Assembly (NCBI GenBank): GCA_944326315.1
Contig: CALVDP010000003.1
Coordinates: 3,842-67,841, forward strand
Length of the DNA: 64,000 nt
Reading direction: 5' to 3'
From: an uncultured Bacteroidales bacterium
GTDB lineage: Bacteria > Bacteroidota > Bacteroidia > Bacteroidales > UBA932
The notes under the pieces are model-generated. The model was not told the DNA's origin and did no database searches. It saw only the letters and a list, made by a program, of their open reading frames with translations. Of the stretch, positions 40,889-49,730 are shown in pieces. The translations under genes were made by a program, and so were the position numbers. Each line of letters starts with the position of its first letter. The stretch's first letter is position 1.

Positions 40889-41096
40889 CCGGCATCATTT
40901 AATATAACGTCTGTCCGACAAGTTATTTACCTGGGGCCCGGGGATTCATCGGACCTTCACCAAGGTCTTCGCCAAAATCCGGCCAAATTTCATCGGACTC
41001 TCGTCAAACAATATATCCGGTCAGGTCTGTACACGGATGCAAACTTACATATAAATTTCGATTCCGGCACAGGACAGACAAAAAAATGATACGTAA

Positions 41097-41139
41097 AACG
41101 TGAGGGCAGGCCAAAAACACTCGGCCACCCTCACGCGTT
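41097..41139. repeat. REP-like palindrome
   Basis: aacgtgaggg ... ccctcacgcgtt. Confidence 0.55.
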
Positions 41140-41248
41140 CCTGACTTTGACAGTCTGAGATTTCCATGGCTGTAATAGCTTAAAAATCAGCAATTCCCTA
41201 AAAAAAAACTTCATGGTGACGCGGGTGACGCATTGTCAAAGTCAGGAA
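41138..41248. repeat. Perfect 15-bp inverted repeat with 81-bp spacer
   Basis: ttcctgactttgaca (41138-41152) / tgtcaaagtcaggaa (41234-41248). Confidence 0.85.
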
Positions 41249-41392
41249 ATTGAAAAAAAGGGGATAATCCGGATGCCTGAGCATTGTCGGAGAACGGCCG
41301 GAGAATGGCCGGGAAAGATACGCGGAGATTCAGGAGAGGGGCAACGGAACTGCTTCTGGCCCGGGCTGCGGGATTCCGCGCTCCGTATAAAA

Positions 41393-41442
41393 CCTTAAGG
41401 GGGCTGCATCAAAATTTACATTTTGACACAGCCCTCTTAAGG
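41393..41442 (-). terminator. Long palindrome after the DUF4301 gene, terminator or REP-like
   Basis: ccttaagggggctgcatcaaaat-ttac-attttgacacagccctcttaagg, 20/23 paired. Confidence 0.6.
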
Positions 41443-41474
41443 GTAACGACCAAATTACAAGTACGTCTTACTCT

Positions 41475-43055
41475 TTATTCTGACTGATGGGCAGGCCGCA
41501 GCAGGTCGAGAACCACCTTCACAGGGTTGAAAGTCTCAAGCGGCACTTCCACGAAAAGCGTATTCCAGTCACTCATGGAACCGTTCCACAATCCAGGCAG
41601 CTCCAGAGCCTTCAGTTCTCGTCCCTGGTAGCTTTTCGAGCTGATGAATCCTGCCTCGTTGTCCACATGCTTGAGGAGGTCGAAGCTCTCACCCTTGTAA
41701 TTGTGAAGGCAGCACACTATGTCCACCGGATTGAAATGCGTGGCCGCAGCAAGAGCCGCAGCTGCCTGTATGTCAGCCTTGTTGATCTGGGCACCTTCCA
41801 GTATCTGGAGTGAAGTGGAGCCGTCCTTCTCCGCGATGATGAAAGGTCCGCCGCCAGGCTCGCCCTGATTCTTGACCATGCCGCAGACCCTGACAGGGCG
41901 GTTGAGCTTCTCCCTCAGCCTGATGACCCTGGTCTTGCAGTCATCTGCAGGCGGCATCTGTATGCACAATTCGTTGAGAAGGAAATTCTCTATATCGTTG
42001 CACAGGAGCTGGCAGGCATCGCTCTGGTACGCCTCGTCTGCACCTATAGCATTGACTCCCGGGATATTAGGATATACCTGTGTCATAAGCTTGTCACCTG
42101 TCACGGCATCCAGTTCGCGCAGGTAGCCGAAAATCCTGTCCCTGAGCTCCAGAGCCTTGCCCATAAGCACCTTCTTGTACTTCGCCGTCACCGGCAGGAA
42201 ACGCTCATTGGCAACATTGTCAATATTCTTGATGGATACAAGTTCCTCCTTGAGATTGTTCAGATTGTAGATAAGCGCCCCATGTCCGGCAGGACGGAAA
42301 AGCAGCCTGCCGTCCTCTGTCCTGAACGGCTTGTTCTCCATGTCCACGGCGATGGTGTCGGTAGCCTTGTCCTGATATGTGAAGGTGATGTTGTATTTCA
42401 CGCCGTACCTCTTCTCATACTCGTCCCTGACTGCCGCATACGCCGCCTCGAACAACTCCCTGTGTTCCGGTGAGATAGTGACCACGATATTCGCCGAGCC
42501 GTCGGCATTCCTCATATAATTCTGGGCTTCCACAAGATGCTCGGCAAAGGCTGTCCTCACCTCACCGTCCTTGTATTTGTGGAACTTCAGGACTCCCTTT
42601 GGCCTGGAGCCGTAGTCCAGTCCTTCCGATGTCAATGTCCTGGACAGTATCTTCCTGCGACACTCCGCAGTATCCTCAGGCTTGCCGAACAGAGACTCGT
42701 CATAGAAGGCAAAACGCTCTATGGCTGCCACAAATTCAGCCGCAGGCGAACCCGGGGCGACATCCTCTCCTCCATTCAGCTTCTCAAGACCGCTGAAAAG
42801 GTCCTTGAACATCCTGGATGCGGCTCCGGAAGCAGGCACGAACTTGCACTTCCCGGCAATCTCCGCGTTCTCGTAATACTCTGCCGCTTTTGCGGCTTCT
42901 TCATCGTCCAGGACGCATATACCCTTTCCCGGCGTGGCAGGAGCAAGTATCTTCATCCATGGAAATCCTTTCTTGAAAAGTTCCACCTGCGCCTGGGCAG
43001 ATGCTGCAGACGAGCCCCTGGACTCAATCTGGCTGATGTCTTCCTTGTTGAACAT
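41475..43055 (-). CDS. DUF4301 family protein
   Basis: KFVPASGAASRMFKDL, FRPAGHGALI, KNIDNV, GEPGGGPF, THFNPVD, LPGLWNGSM. Confidence 0.85.
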   Translation of the reverse strand: MFNKEDISQIESRGSSAASAQAQVELFKKGFPWMKILAPATPGKGICVLDDEEAAKAAEYYENAEIAGKCKFVPASGAASRMFKDLFSGLEKLNGGEDVAPGSPAAEFVAAIERFAFYDESLFGKPEDTAECRRKILSRTLTSEGLDYGSRPKGVLKFHKYKDGEVRTAFAEHLVEAQNYMRNADGSANIVVTISPEHRELFEAAYAAVRDEYEKRYGVKYNITFTYQDKATDTIAVDMENKPFRTEDGRLLFRPAGHGALIYNLNNLKEELVSIKNIDNVANERFLPVTAKYKKVLMGKALELRDRIFGYLRELDAVTGDKLMTQVYPNIPGVNAIGADEAYQSDACQLLCNDIENFLLNELCIQMPPADDCKTRVIRLREKLNRPVRVCGMVKNQGEPGGGPFIIAEKDGSTSLQILEGAQINKADIQAAAALAAATHFNPVDIVCCLHNYKGESFDLLKHVDNEAGFISSKSYQGRELKALELPGLWNGSMSDWNTLFVEVPLETFNPVKVVLDLLRPAHQSE

Positions 43056-43180
43056 ATTTCACAGTTTTAGTTATCGGGCAAGCGCCCGCGTTTGTATTAT
43101 CAATCAAGTGTTTAATTATCAATCAAGTAGTTGGTATTACCAATTATAGTATCCGGCCGGACATTCCACGGCCCTTGTGC

Positions 43181-44227
43181 TCAGTCTATGCATATTTCCC
43201 TCCGGTACCTGTATCCTGACCTCAGCTTTTCGAAGTCCTGCGGCGCCATACGGAACATGAAATCATCTGTAAATATAGGATAATTATATTGAAAAACCGA
43301 CGTGATCTCACCCTGATTCTTCCCGCGGAGATCAAGATGCACCGGTGCATGCTCCGCCTCATCATATTCCGGATAGAAGTCATAAAGCCCGCTGAAGCCG
43401 AAATGACGTGCCACAGCCTGCACCGCGGAAGCTGTACCGTTGAGCTTGCCCTGGAATGAATACCCGGCAATATGAGGCGTGGCAATGTCCACCATGTCCA
43501 TAAGCTCAAGATTGATGTCCGGCTCATGGTTCCATGTATCTATGATTACCGGTCCGAGCTTGGGAATCGCCTCCATCAGAGCAGCCTCATCCACTATCTC
43601 GCCCCTCGCGGCATTGATGAAGAATGTACCCGGCCTCATGAGGCTGAAAAAACGGGAGTCGGCCATGTTCCTTGTTGTCTCGTCAAGGGGCGTATGGATC
43701 GTGACAATGCCGGAATGGGAAAGGAGATAGTCAAGCGTACAGAATCCGTCAGGACCTTCCTTTGCCGCCCTCGGCGGGTCGCACCTGAGTATCCCGAACC
43801 CCAGATGGGCAGCCATGCTTTCTATCTTTCTGCCGACATTGCCCACTCCGATGATTCCTATTACAGGATGGTCGAGCTTGATGGACTTGCGGGAAGCCGT
43901 GCCGTAAAGCGCGGAGAACACATACTGCATCACGCCGCCGGCATTGCAGCCCTGAGAATTGTGCACCTCGATGCCCCTGGACCTGCAGAAATCCCCGTCT
44001 ATATGATCCGTGCCGATAGTGGCCGTAGCTATCATGGATATCCTCGAATCCCCCAGAAGGGCGGCGTTGCACCTGGTCCTAGTCCTTATGATCAGGGCGT
44101 CGGCATCCGCCACATCCTCCTTCCTGATATCCATCCCGTCAATATACACCACATCAGCGTATGGCTCGAATACCCCTTTGAGAAAAGGGATATTGCTGTC
44201 TGCCACTATCTTAATTCTTCCTTCCAT
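43181..44227 (-). CDS. pdxB: 4-phosphoerythronate dehydrogenase
   Basis: IVADSNIPF, ATATIGTDHID, GVGNVG, INAARG, TPHIAGYS. Confidence 0.9.
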   Translation of the reverse strand: MEGRIKIVADSNIPFLKGVFEPYADVVYIDGMDIRKEDVADADALIIRTRTRCNAALLGDSRISMIATATIGTDHIDGDFCRSRGIEVHNSQGCNAGGVMQYVFSALYGTASRKSIKLDHPVIGIIGVGNVGRKIESMAAHLGFGILRCDPPRAAKEGPDGFCTLDYLLSHSGIVTIHTPLDETTRNMADSRFFSLMRPGTFFINAARGEIVDEAALMEAIPKLGPVIIDTWNHEPDINLELMDMVDIATPHIAGYSFQGKLNGTASAVQAVARHFGFSGLYDFYPEYDEAEHAPVHLDLRGKNQGEITSVFQYNYPIFTDDFMFRMAPQDFEKLRSGYRYRREICID

Positions 44228-44267
44228 ATCCGAAATATTCGATACCGCGCCCGCCGCTTCCGGGCGT

Positions 44268-44594
44268 TCAGTTCAATACTATCCCCTTCAGCAATCCCGT
44301 AGACGGATCATCCTGCACGAAAAGCTCGTCTTCACGCAGATATGCATTGATCTTCTCCACCAGTTCGTCCCTGTGCGGGAAAAGCCGGCTCCGCACCACG
44401 GAGGAACTCAGGGAACAATACAGGATACCGTTCCTGAGATACCTGGACACCGTATATTGCGCCACTCCGGACACAGCGTCCCACGCATTGAAGATCAGCT
44501 GTTCGTTCAGGCCAGCAGCAATCTTCATGCTCCTGACATACTCCTTGACCACCTCTTCCATGGTCACGGCGTTTTTCCTTGACAATCTGCTCAT
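44268..44594 (-). CDS. DUF721 / DciA-like protein
   Basis: Small basic protein downstream of recF; AWDAVSG, LYCSLSSSVVRSRL. Confidence 0.75.
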   Translation of the reverse strand: MSRLSRKNAVTMEEVVKEYVRSMKIAAGLNEQLIFNAWDAVSGVAQYTVSRYLRNGILYCSLSSSVVRSRLFPHRDELVEKINAYLREDELFVQDDPSTGLLKGIVLN

Positions 44595-45688
44595 ATCCTT
44601 GAAAATGTCCCGTCTGCCGTTTCAAAATATGCCCTGTCACTCGTGATGGAATCCACTATGGATGCCATCCTCACCTTGTTGCTGTCCGTGATGAAAATCT
44701 GCCCGAACTCGTTTCCGGCCACCATGGACAGGAGATTGGCTATCCTCGTCATGTCAAGCTTGTCGAACACGTCGTCCAGGAGCAGCATCGGAGGATATCC
44801 GTAGCTTTCCTTCATGATTTCGTACTGGGCGAACTTGAGGGATACAAGGAAAGACTTCTGCTGGCCCTGCGATCCGCACCTGCGTATCGGGTGGCCGTCC
44901 ATCGTGAACACGAAATCATCGCGGTGTATCCCGGAAGTCGTGTATTTCAAGGCACAGTCACGGCCGCTGTTAGCCTTAAGCATGTCCGCCAGATCCCCTG
45001 ACTCCAGGTCGGACCTGTACTCTATGCCTACATCCTCCCTTCCGGAAGACAATACATTATAATATTGAGAGACCACGGGGCGTATGTCATCCGCGAATTT
45101 CCTCCTTGCCTCGAAGACAGGCCTGGCAAGCCGCTCCATCCGCTCGTCTATCACAGCCATCAGCCCCCGGTCGAAAGACGGGGACTTGAGCATCACATTT
45201 CTCTGTGAGAGCAGCCTGTTGTACTGCTGCAGGGAATACATGTACTCCCTGTCCATCTGCGAAAGCACGGAATTGGCGAACCTGCGCCTTTCTTCTCCGG
45301 ATTCGCTCACCAGAGAGCCGTCAGCCGGGGACACCAGCACCACCGGCAGCACACCTATATGTTCGGATATCCTTGAATAGGCCTTGTCGTCGGCACGGAA
45401 GCGTTTCTCACCCGACGCCCTGACATTGGCGGAGAACCTGCTCTCAAGCCCGTTCTGCATCCTGTACGTACCTCCGATGGAGAATTCCTCAGTACCGTAC
45501 CGGAAATTGTATCTGTCCGAAGAAGCGAACGCGCTCTTGGTCATCGACAGATAATACACGGCATCCAGCAGGTTCGTCTTTCCTTCCCCGTTATTGCCTG
45601 ATATGCAGTTGACATTGGGGGAGAAAAAAAGTTCCTGGAAGCGGATGTTCCGGAAATCGGATATTACTATTTTTTCGAGTACAGGCAT
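44591..45688 (-). CDS. recF: DNA replication and repair protein RecF
   Basis: FRN, GNNGEGKTNLLDA, GSQGQQKS, LLLDDVFDKLD. Confidence 0.95.
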   Translation of the reverse strand: MPVLEKIVISDFRNIRFQELFFSPNVNCISGNNGEGKTNLLDAVYYLSMTKSAFASSDRYNFRYGTEEFSIGGTYRMQNGLESRFSANVRASGEKRFRADDKAYSRISEHIGVLPVVLVSPADGSLVSESGEERRRFANSVLSQMDREYMYSLQQYNRLLSQRNVMLKSPSFDRGLMAVIDERMERLARPVFEARRKFADDIRPVVSQYYNVLSSGREDVGIEYRSDLESGDLADMLKANSGRDCALKYTTSGIHRDDFVFTMDGHPIRRCGSQGQQKSFLVSLKFAQYEIMKESYGYPPMLLLDDVFDKLDMTRIANLLSMVAGNEFGQIFITDSNKVRMASIVDSITSDRAYFETADGTFSRI

Positions 45689-45750
45689 GCCGGAAGCCGA
45701 TTTTGATGTTTTTATTATCTTGGCAAAGATATTAAATTAAAGGCAAATAA

Positions 45751-45781
45751 TTGTGGATTTATACATTTTTTTATAAATTTG
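45751..45781 (+). promoter_or_regulatory. Promoter of TPR-yebC unit
   Basis: TTG (45751-45753), 20-nt spacer, TAAATTTG (45774-45781). Confidence 0.6.
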
Positions 45782-45856
45782 CGCGCTGCTTTGTCCGGCT
45801 GTACACCGGTGTCGGAAAGGCGGCCATGAAGTTGCAAAATCTAAAAGTTTCAGAAT

Positions 45857-46531
45857 ATGTCTAAAGAAAACACGGAGAAGAACACTGCTGTAGCGGAAGC
45901 AGTCTCCAGAACAGAGCTTTTCTTCACGAACAACAGAAAAGCCATCATCATCGCCATTTCAGTCGTAATTATTGCATGTGCAGGTATCTTCATCTACCAC
46001 AAGTACGGATACATGCCGGCCAGGCAGGAAGCCCTCGGGCAGACGTTCCAGGCTGAAGCCAATTTTCGCAACGGTGAATATGACCTTGCGCTGAACGGGG
46101 ACGGCAACGTGCTCGGCTTCTCCCAGGTCATCGACGAGTACGGAAGCAAGGCCGGGAAGGCCGTATATCTCTACGCCGGCATCTGCGAGCTCAACCTCGG
46201 GAACTGGAACGAGGCGATAAGCTACCTGACTTCATACAAGGGTACTGACAAGATATTGAAGGCCAGGGCGCTTTCATGCATAGGCGACGCCTATACAGGC
46301 CTTAACGACTATACGAAAGCCGTACACTATTTCGAGAAGGCAGCCTCCATTGCAGACAATGCGTTCGCAGCCACATACCTGCTCAAGGCAGGCCTCACAT
46401 ATGAGGCTCTCGGAGACTACGGCAAGGCTCTCAACGCATACAATACGATCAAGGAGAGCTATCCTATGTCCGTAGAGGCAATGGATATCGACAAGTACAT
46501 ATCAAGGGCAGAAACAATCTCAGAGAAATAA
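45857..46531 (+). CDS. Membrane-anchored tetratricopeptide repeat protein (YfgM-like)
   Basis: N-terminal TM helix, TPR motifs (YAGICELNLG, IGDAY, KAGLTYEALG). Confidence 0.85.
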   Translation: MSKENTEKNTAVAEAVSRTELFFTNNRKAIIIAISVVIIACAGIFIYHKYGYMPARQEALGQTFQAEANFRNGEYDLALNGDGNVLGFSQVIDEYGSKAGKAVYLYAGICELNLGNWNEAISYLTSYKGTDKILKARALSCIGDAYTGLNDYTKAVHYFEKAASIADNAFAATYLLKAGLTYEALGDYGKALNAYNTIKESYPMSVEAMDIDKYISRAETISEK

Positions 46532-46542
46532 GAGGAACATAT

Positions 46543-47286
46543 ATGGGAAGAGCTTTTGAATTCAGGAAGGAAAGAAAATTCAAGCGTTGGGGACACATGG
46601 CCCGTGTCTTCACAAAGATAGGCAAGGAAATAACCATAGCCGTCAAGCAGGGAGGCCCGGACGTGACAGGGAACCCGAGGCTCAGGGCGCTGCTCCAGAC
46701 CGCCAGAAGCGAGAACATGCCAAAGGACAATATCGAGAGGGCGATCAAAAGGGCGAGCGACAAGGACCAGAGCGACTACAAGGAAGTGAATTTCGAAGGC
46801 TACGGCCCGCATGGCGTGGCTTTCCTGATTGAAGCAGCAACAGACAACAACAACCGTACTGTAGCTAACATCCGCTCATATTTCACCAAAAGCGGAGGCT
46901 CCCTCGGCACATCCGGAAGTACGGAATACATGTTCGACCACAAATGTCTCTTCCGTATGAAGAGCGACAAGCCAGTGGATATCGAAGAGCTCGAACTTGA
47001 GCTGATCGACTACGGTGCGGAAGAAGTATTCGAGGAGACGGATGAGGATGACAACAAGACCATTGTCATATACGGCGAATACACAGCCTTCAACAATATC
47101 CAGAAATTTATCGAGGACAACGGATACGAGCTTGTGTCGGGTGAATTCGTAAGGATACCGAACGTGGAGCTCAAGGATCTTCCGGCAGAGCAGCGTGCCG
47201 AGCTTGACAAGCTGATCGAAAGGCTTGAGGAAGACGACGATGTCCAGAACGTGTACCACACGATGAAGATCGTGGACGAGGAATAA
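46543..47286 (+). CDS. yebC: YebC/PmpR family protein
   Basis: [36 protein letters not shown]. Confidence 0.93.
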   Translation: MGRAFEFRKERKFKRWGHMARVFTKIGKEITIAVKQGGPDVTGNPRLRALLQTARSENMPKDNIERAIKRASDKDQSDYKEVNFEGYGPHGVAFLIEAATDNNNRTVANIRSYFTKSGGSLGTSGSTEYMFDHKCLFRMKSDKPVDIEELELELIDYGAEEVFEETDEDDNKTIVIYGEYTAFNNIQKFIEDNGYELVSGEFVRIPNVELKDLPAEQRAELDKLIERLEEDDDVQNVYHTMKIVDEE

Positions 47287-47333
47287 AGGCCGCGTCCGCC
47301 AGTATCAAAGAAAAACAAACAATACCAGAAGTT

Positions 47334-48896
47334 ATGAGTATCCAACAGGAAAAGATCAAGGAACTTGTCGAGCGCAGGGCGAAGGCCCGCATGGGCGGCG
47401 GCCAGAAAAGGATTGACGCCCAGCATGCCAAGGGCAAGTTCACTGCCAGGGAAAGAATTGCAATGCTTCTTGACGAAGGCAGCTTCGAAGAGTATGACAT
47501 GTTTGTCCAGCACCGCTGCACAAACTTCGGTATGGAAAAGACCAAATATGACGGTGACGGAGTCGTGACAGGACAGGGCACCATTGACGGGCGTCTCGTA
47601 TATGTCTTCGCACAGGACTTCACTGTATCCGGAGGTTCGCTTTCGGAGACAATGGCACAGAAGATATGCAAGGTCATGGACATGGCCATGAAGAACGGCG
47701 CCCCGTGCATAGGTCTCAATGACTCGGGCGGAGCACGTATCCAGGAAGGCATCTGCGCCCTTGCAGGATTCGGCGAGATATTCCAGAGGAACATCATGGC
47801 TTCAGGTGTCATCCCGCAGATTTCCGGCATATTCGGGCCTTGCGCAGGCGGAGCGGTGTACTCCCCTGCCCTCACAGACTTCAACATCATGGTCAAGAAC
47901 ACCTCATACATGTTCCTGACCGGACCTGCCGTGGTCAAGAGCGTCACGGGAGAAGTGGTGACCCAGGAAGAACTGGGCGGGGCAAGCGTTCATGCCAGCA
48001 AGAGCGGTGTGGCGCATTTCGCTGCCGAGAACGAGGAAGAAGGCATCAAGATCATCAAGGAAATCCTCAGCTACATTCCTCAGAACAATATGGAAGAGCC
48101 TCCGTATGTCCCTACTGACGACCCTGTGAACAGGGTGGACGACATGCTGAACGACATCATCCCGGACAATCCCAACAAGGCATACGACATGTACCAGGTG
48201 ATCGGCAGCATTGTGGACGACGGCAAGTTCTTCGAGATCCACAAGTCATGGGCCAAGAACATCATAATAGGATTTGCAAGGATGAACGGCAAGTCAGTCG
48301 GCATTGTGGCCAACCAGCCTAAGATACTCGCCGGCGTACTTGACATCAACGCATCGCGCAAGGCTGCACGTTTCGTGAGATTCTGCGATGCATTCAACAT
48401 CCCTCTCGTGACACTGGTGGATGTACCTGGCTTCCTCTGCGGCACACAGCAGGAATACGGCGGCATCATCGTGAACGGAGCAAAGCTCCTCTACGCATAC
48501 GGCGAAGCCACAGTGCCGAAAGTGACCGTGACCCTCAGGAAATCATACGGCGGATCACACATCGTGATGAGCTGCAAGCAGCTCCGCGGCGACATCAACT
48601 ATGCATGGCCTTCCGCCAACATAGCTGTCATGGGTGCTGACGGTGCAGTGGAGATTCTCTATTCCAAGGAAATCAAGGCTATCGAAGACCCTGCAGAAAA
48701 GGCGAAGGTGGCCGAAGAGAAGAAGAAGGAGTACAACGACCTGTTCTGCAACCCGTACAATGCCGCAAGCTATGGCTATATCGATGATGTCATAGAGCCG
48801 AGGAACACGAGATTCCGTGTAATCAGGGCACTTGAGCAGCTTTCCAACAAGAAAGTCACCAACCCTGCCAAGAAACATGATAACCTCCCTCTCTGA
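47334..48896 (+). CDS. mmdA: Acyl-CoA carboxyltransferase (methylmalonyl-CoA decarboxylase alpha / propionyl-CoA carboxylase beta)
   Basis: [48 protein letters not shown]. Confidence 0.88.
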   Translation: MSIQQEKIKELVERRAKARMGGGQKRIDAQHAKGKFTARERIAMLLDEGSFEEYDMFVQHRCTNFGMEKTKYDGDGVVTGQGTIDGRLVYVFAQDFTVSGGSLSETMAQKICKVMDMAMKNGAPCIGLNDSGGARIQEGICALAGFGEIFQRNIMASGVIPQISGIFGPCAGGAVYSPALTDFNIMVKNTSYMFLTGPAVVKSVTGEVVTQEELGGASVHASKSGVAHFAAENEEEGIKIIKEILSYIPQNNMEEPPYVPTDDPVNRVDDMLNDIIPDNPNKAYDMYQVIGSIVDDGKFFEIHKSWAKNIIIGFARMNGKSVGIVANQPKILAGVLDINASRKAARFVRFCDAFNIPLVTLVDVPGFLCGTQQEYGGIIVNGAKLLYAYGEATVPKVTVTLRKSYGGSHIVMSCKQLRGDINYAWPSANIAVMGADGAVEILYSKEIKAIEDPAEKAKVAEEKKKEYNDLFCNPYNAASYGYIDDVIEPRNTRFRVIRALEQLSNKKVTNPAKKHDNLPL

Positions 48897-48900
48897 TACT

Positions 48901-49122
48901 ATGGACAGACTTATGACACCGGAAAAGGCAGGCATGCTTGCAAGGGCCATGGAACAGACCCTTGCGGGAGAAACCTATGCTGCCATAGCAATGGCGCTGC
49001 AGATGCACGCCTGCGGGATAGTCCACGACCAGGAAAGCTTTGTCCTGACGATAAAGCCGACCTTAAGTGCATGGGCAGACAGACATTCCACACTCAGACA
49101 GCTGCCTGAGAGAAAAAAGTAA
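48901..49122 (+). CDS. Small soluble protein resembling the C-terminal part of decarboxylase delta/gamma subunits
   Basis: AAIAMAL..HDQESFVLTI..SAW..LRQLP; no TM helix. Confidence 0.6.
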   Translation: MDRLMTPEKAGMLARAMEQTLAGETYAAIAMALQMHACGIVHDQESFVLTIKPTLSAWADRHSTLRQLPERKK

Positions 49123-49141
49123 GAACTAAAATCCAGGAAAA

Positions 49142-49627
49142 ATGAGCCAGTACAAATTCAAGATAAACGGCAACGAATATAATGTCGAGATAAACTCCAT
49201 AAACGGGGACAGCGCAGTGGTCACCGTCAACGGGATACAGTATTCAGTAGAATCCGGCGTGGCTTCATGCTCTGCCGCAGCAGCAGCCATCCAGGCTCAG
49301 GCGGCAGCACCTGTGACACCGACACCGGCACCGGCCGCCAAGGTGGAATCTGCCCCGGCACCGACACCGGCTGCAGCTGCAGCTTCTCCGGCACCGGCCC
49401 CTGCATCAGGGAACGGAAAGCCGGTCACGGCCCCTCTGCCAGGCGTGATCATAGAGATTTCCGTCAAGGTCGGAGACACTGTGAAACAGGGACAGCAGGT
49501 AGCCGTGCTTGAGGCGATGAAAATGGAGAATGTCATCGAAGCCACACACGACGGTACTGTGACAGCAATTAATGTCAGCAAGGGAGATTCCGTACTTGAA
49601 GGCGCGCCGATAGTCACTATCGCATAG
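49142..49627 (+). CDS. Biotin carboxyl carrier protein (MmdC-like)
   Basis: Ala/Pro-rich linker, EAMKMEN biotinylation motif. Confidence 0.92.
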   Translation: MSQYKFKINGNEYNVEINSINGDSAVVTVNGIQYSVESGVASCSAAAAAIQAQAAAPVTPTPAPAAKVESAPAPTPAAAAASPAPAPASGNGKPVTAPLPGVIIEISVKVGDTVKQGQQVAVLEAMKMENVIEATHDGTVTAINVSKGDSVLEGAPIVTIA

Positions 49628-49649
49628 ATTTCTGACATTGCAATACATG

Positions 49650-49693
49650 ACCTGGAAATCTGCCGGAGGATCAGCGCAGGTTTCCAGGTTTTT
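49650..49693 (+). terminator. Intrinsic terminator after biotin carrier gene
   Basis: acctggaaatctgc / gcaggtttccaggt followed by tttt. Confidence 0.75.
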
Positions 49694-49730
49694 CGTATAT
49701 TAGCGTTTCCTGAAAAACATCCGATCGACA

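Noticed and set aside
49628-49730. SAM or cobalamin riboswitch before metH
   Set aside because: The 100-bp gap is mostly the upstream terminator, with no riboswitch consensus visible.
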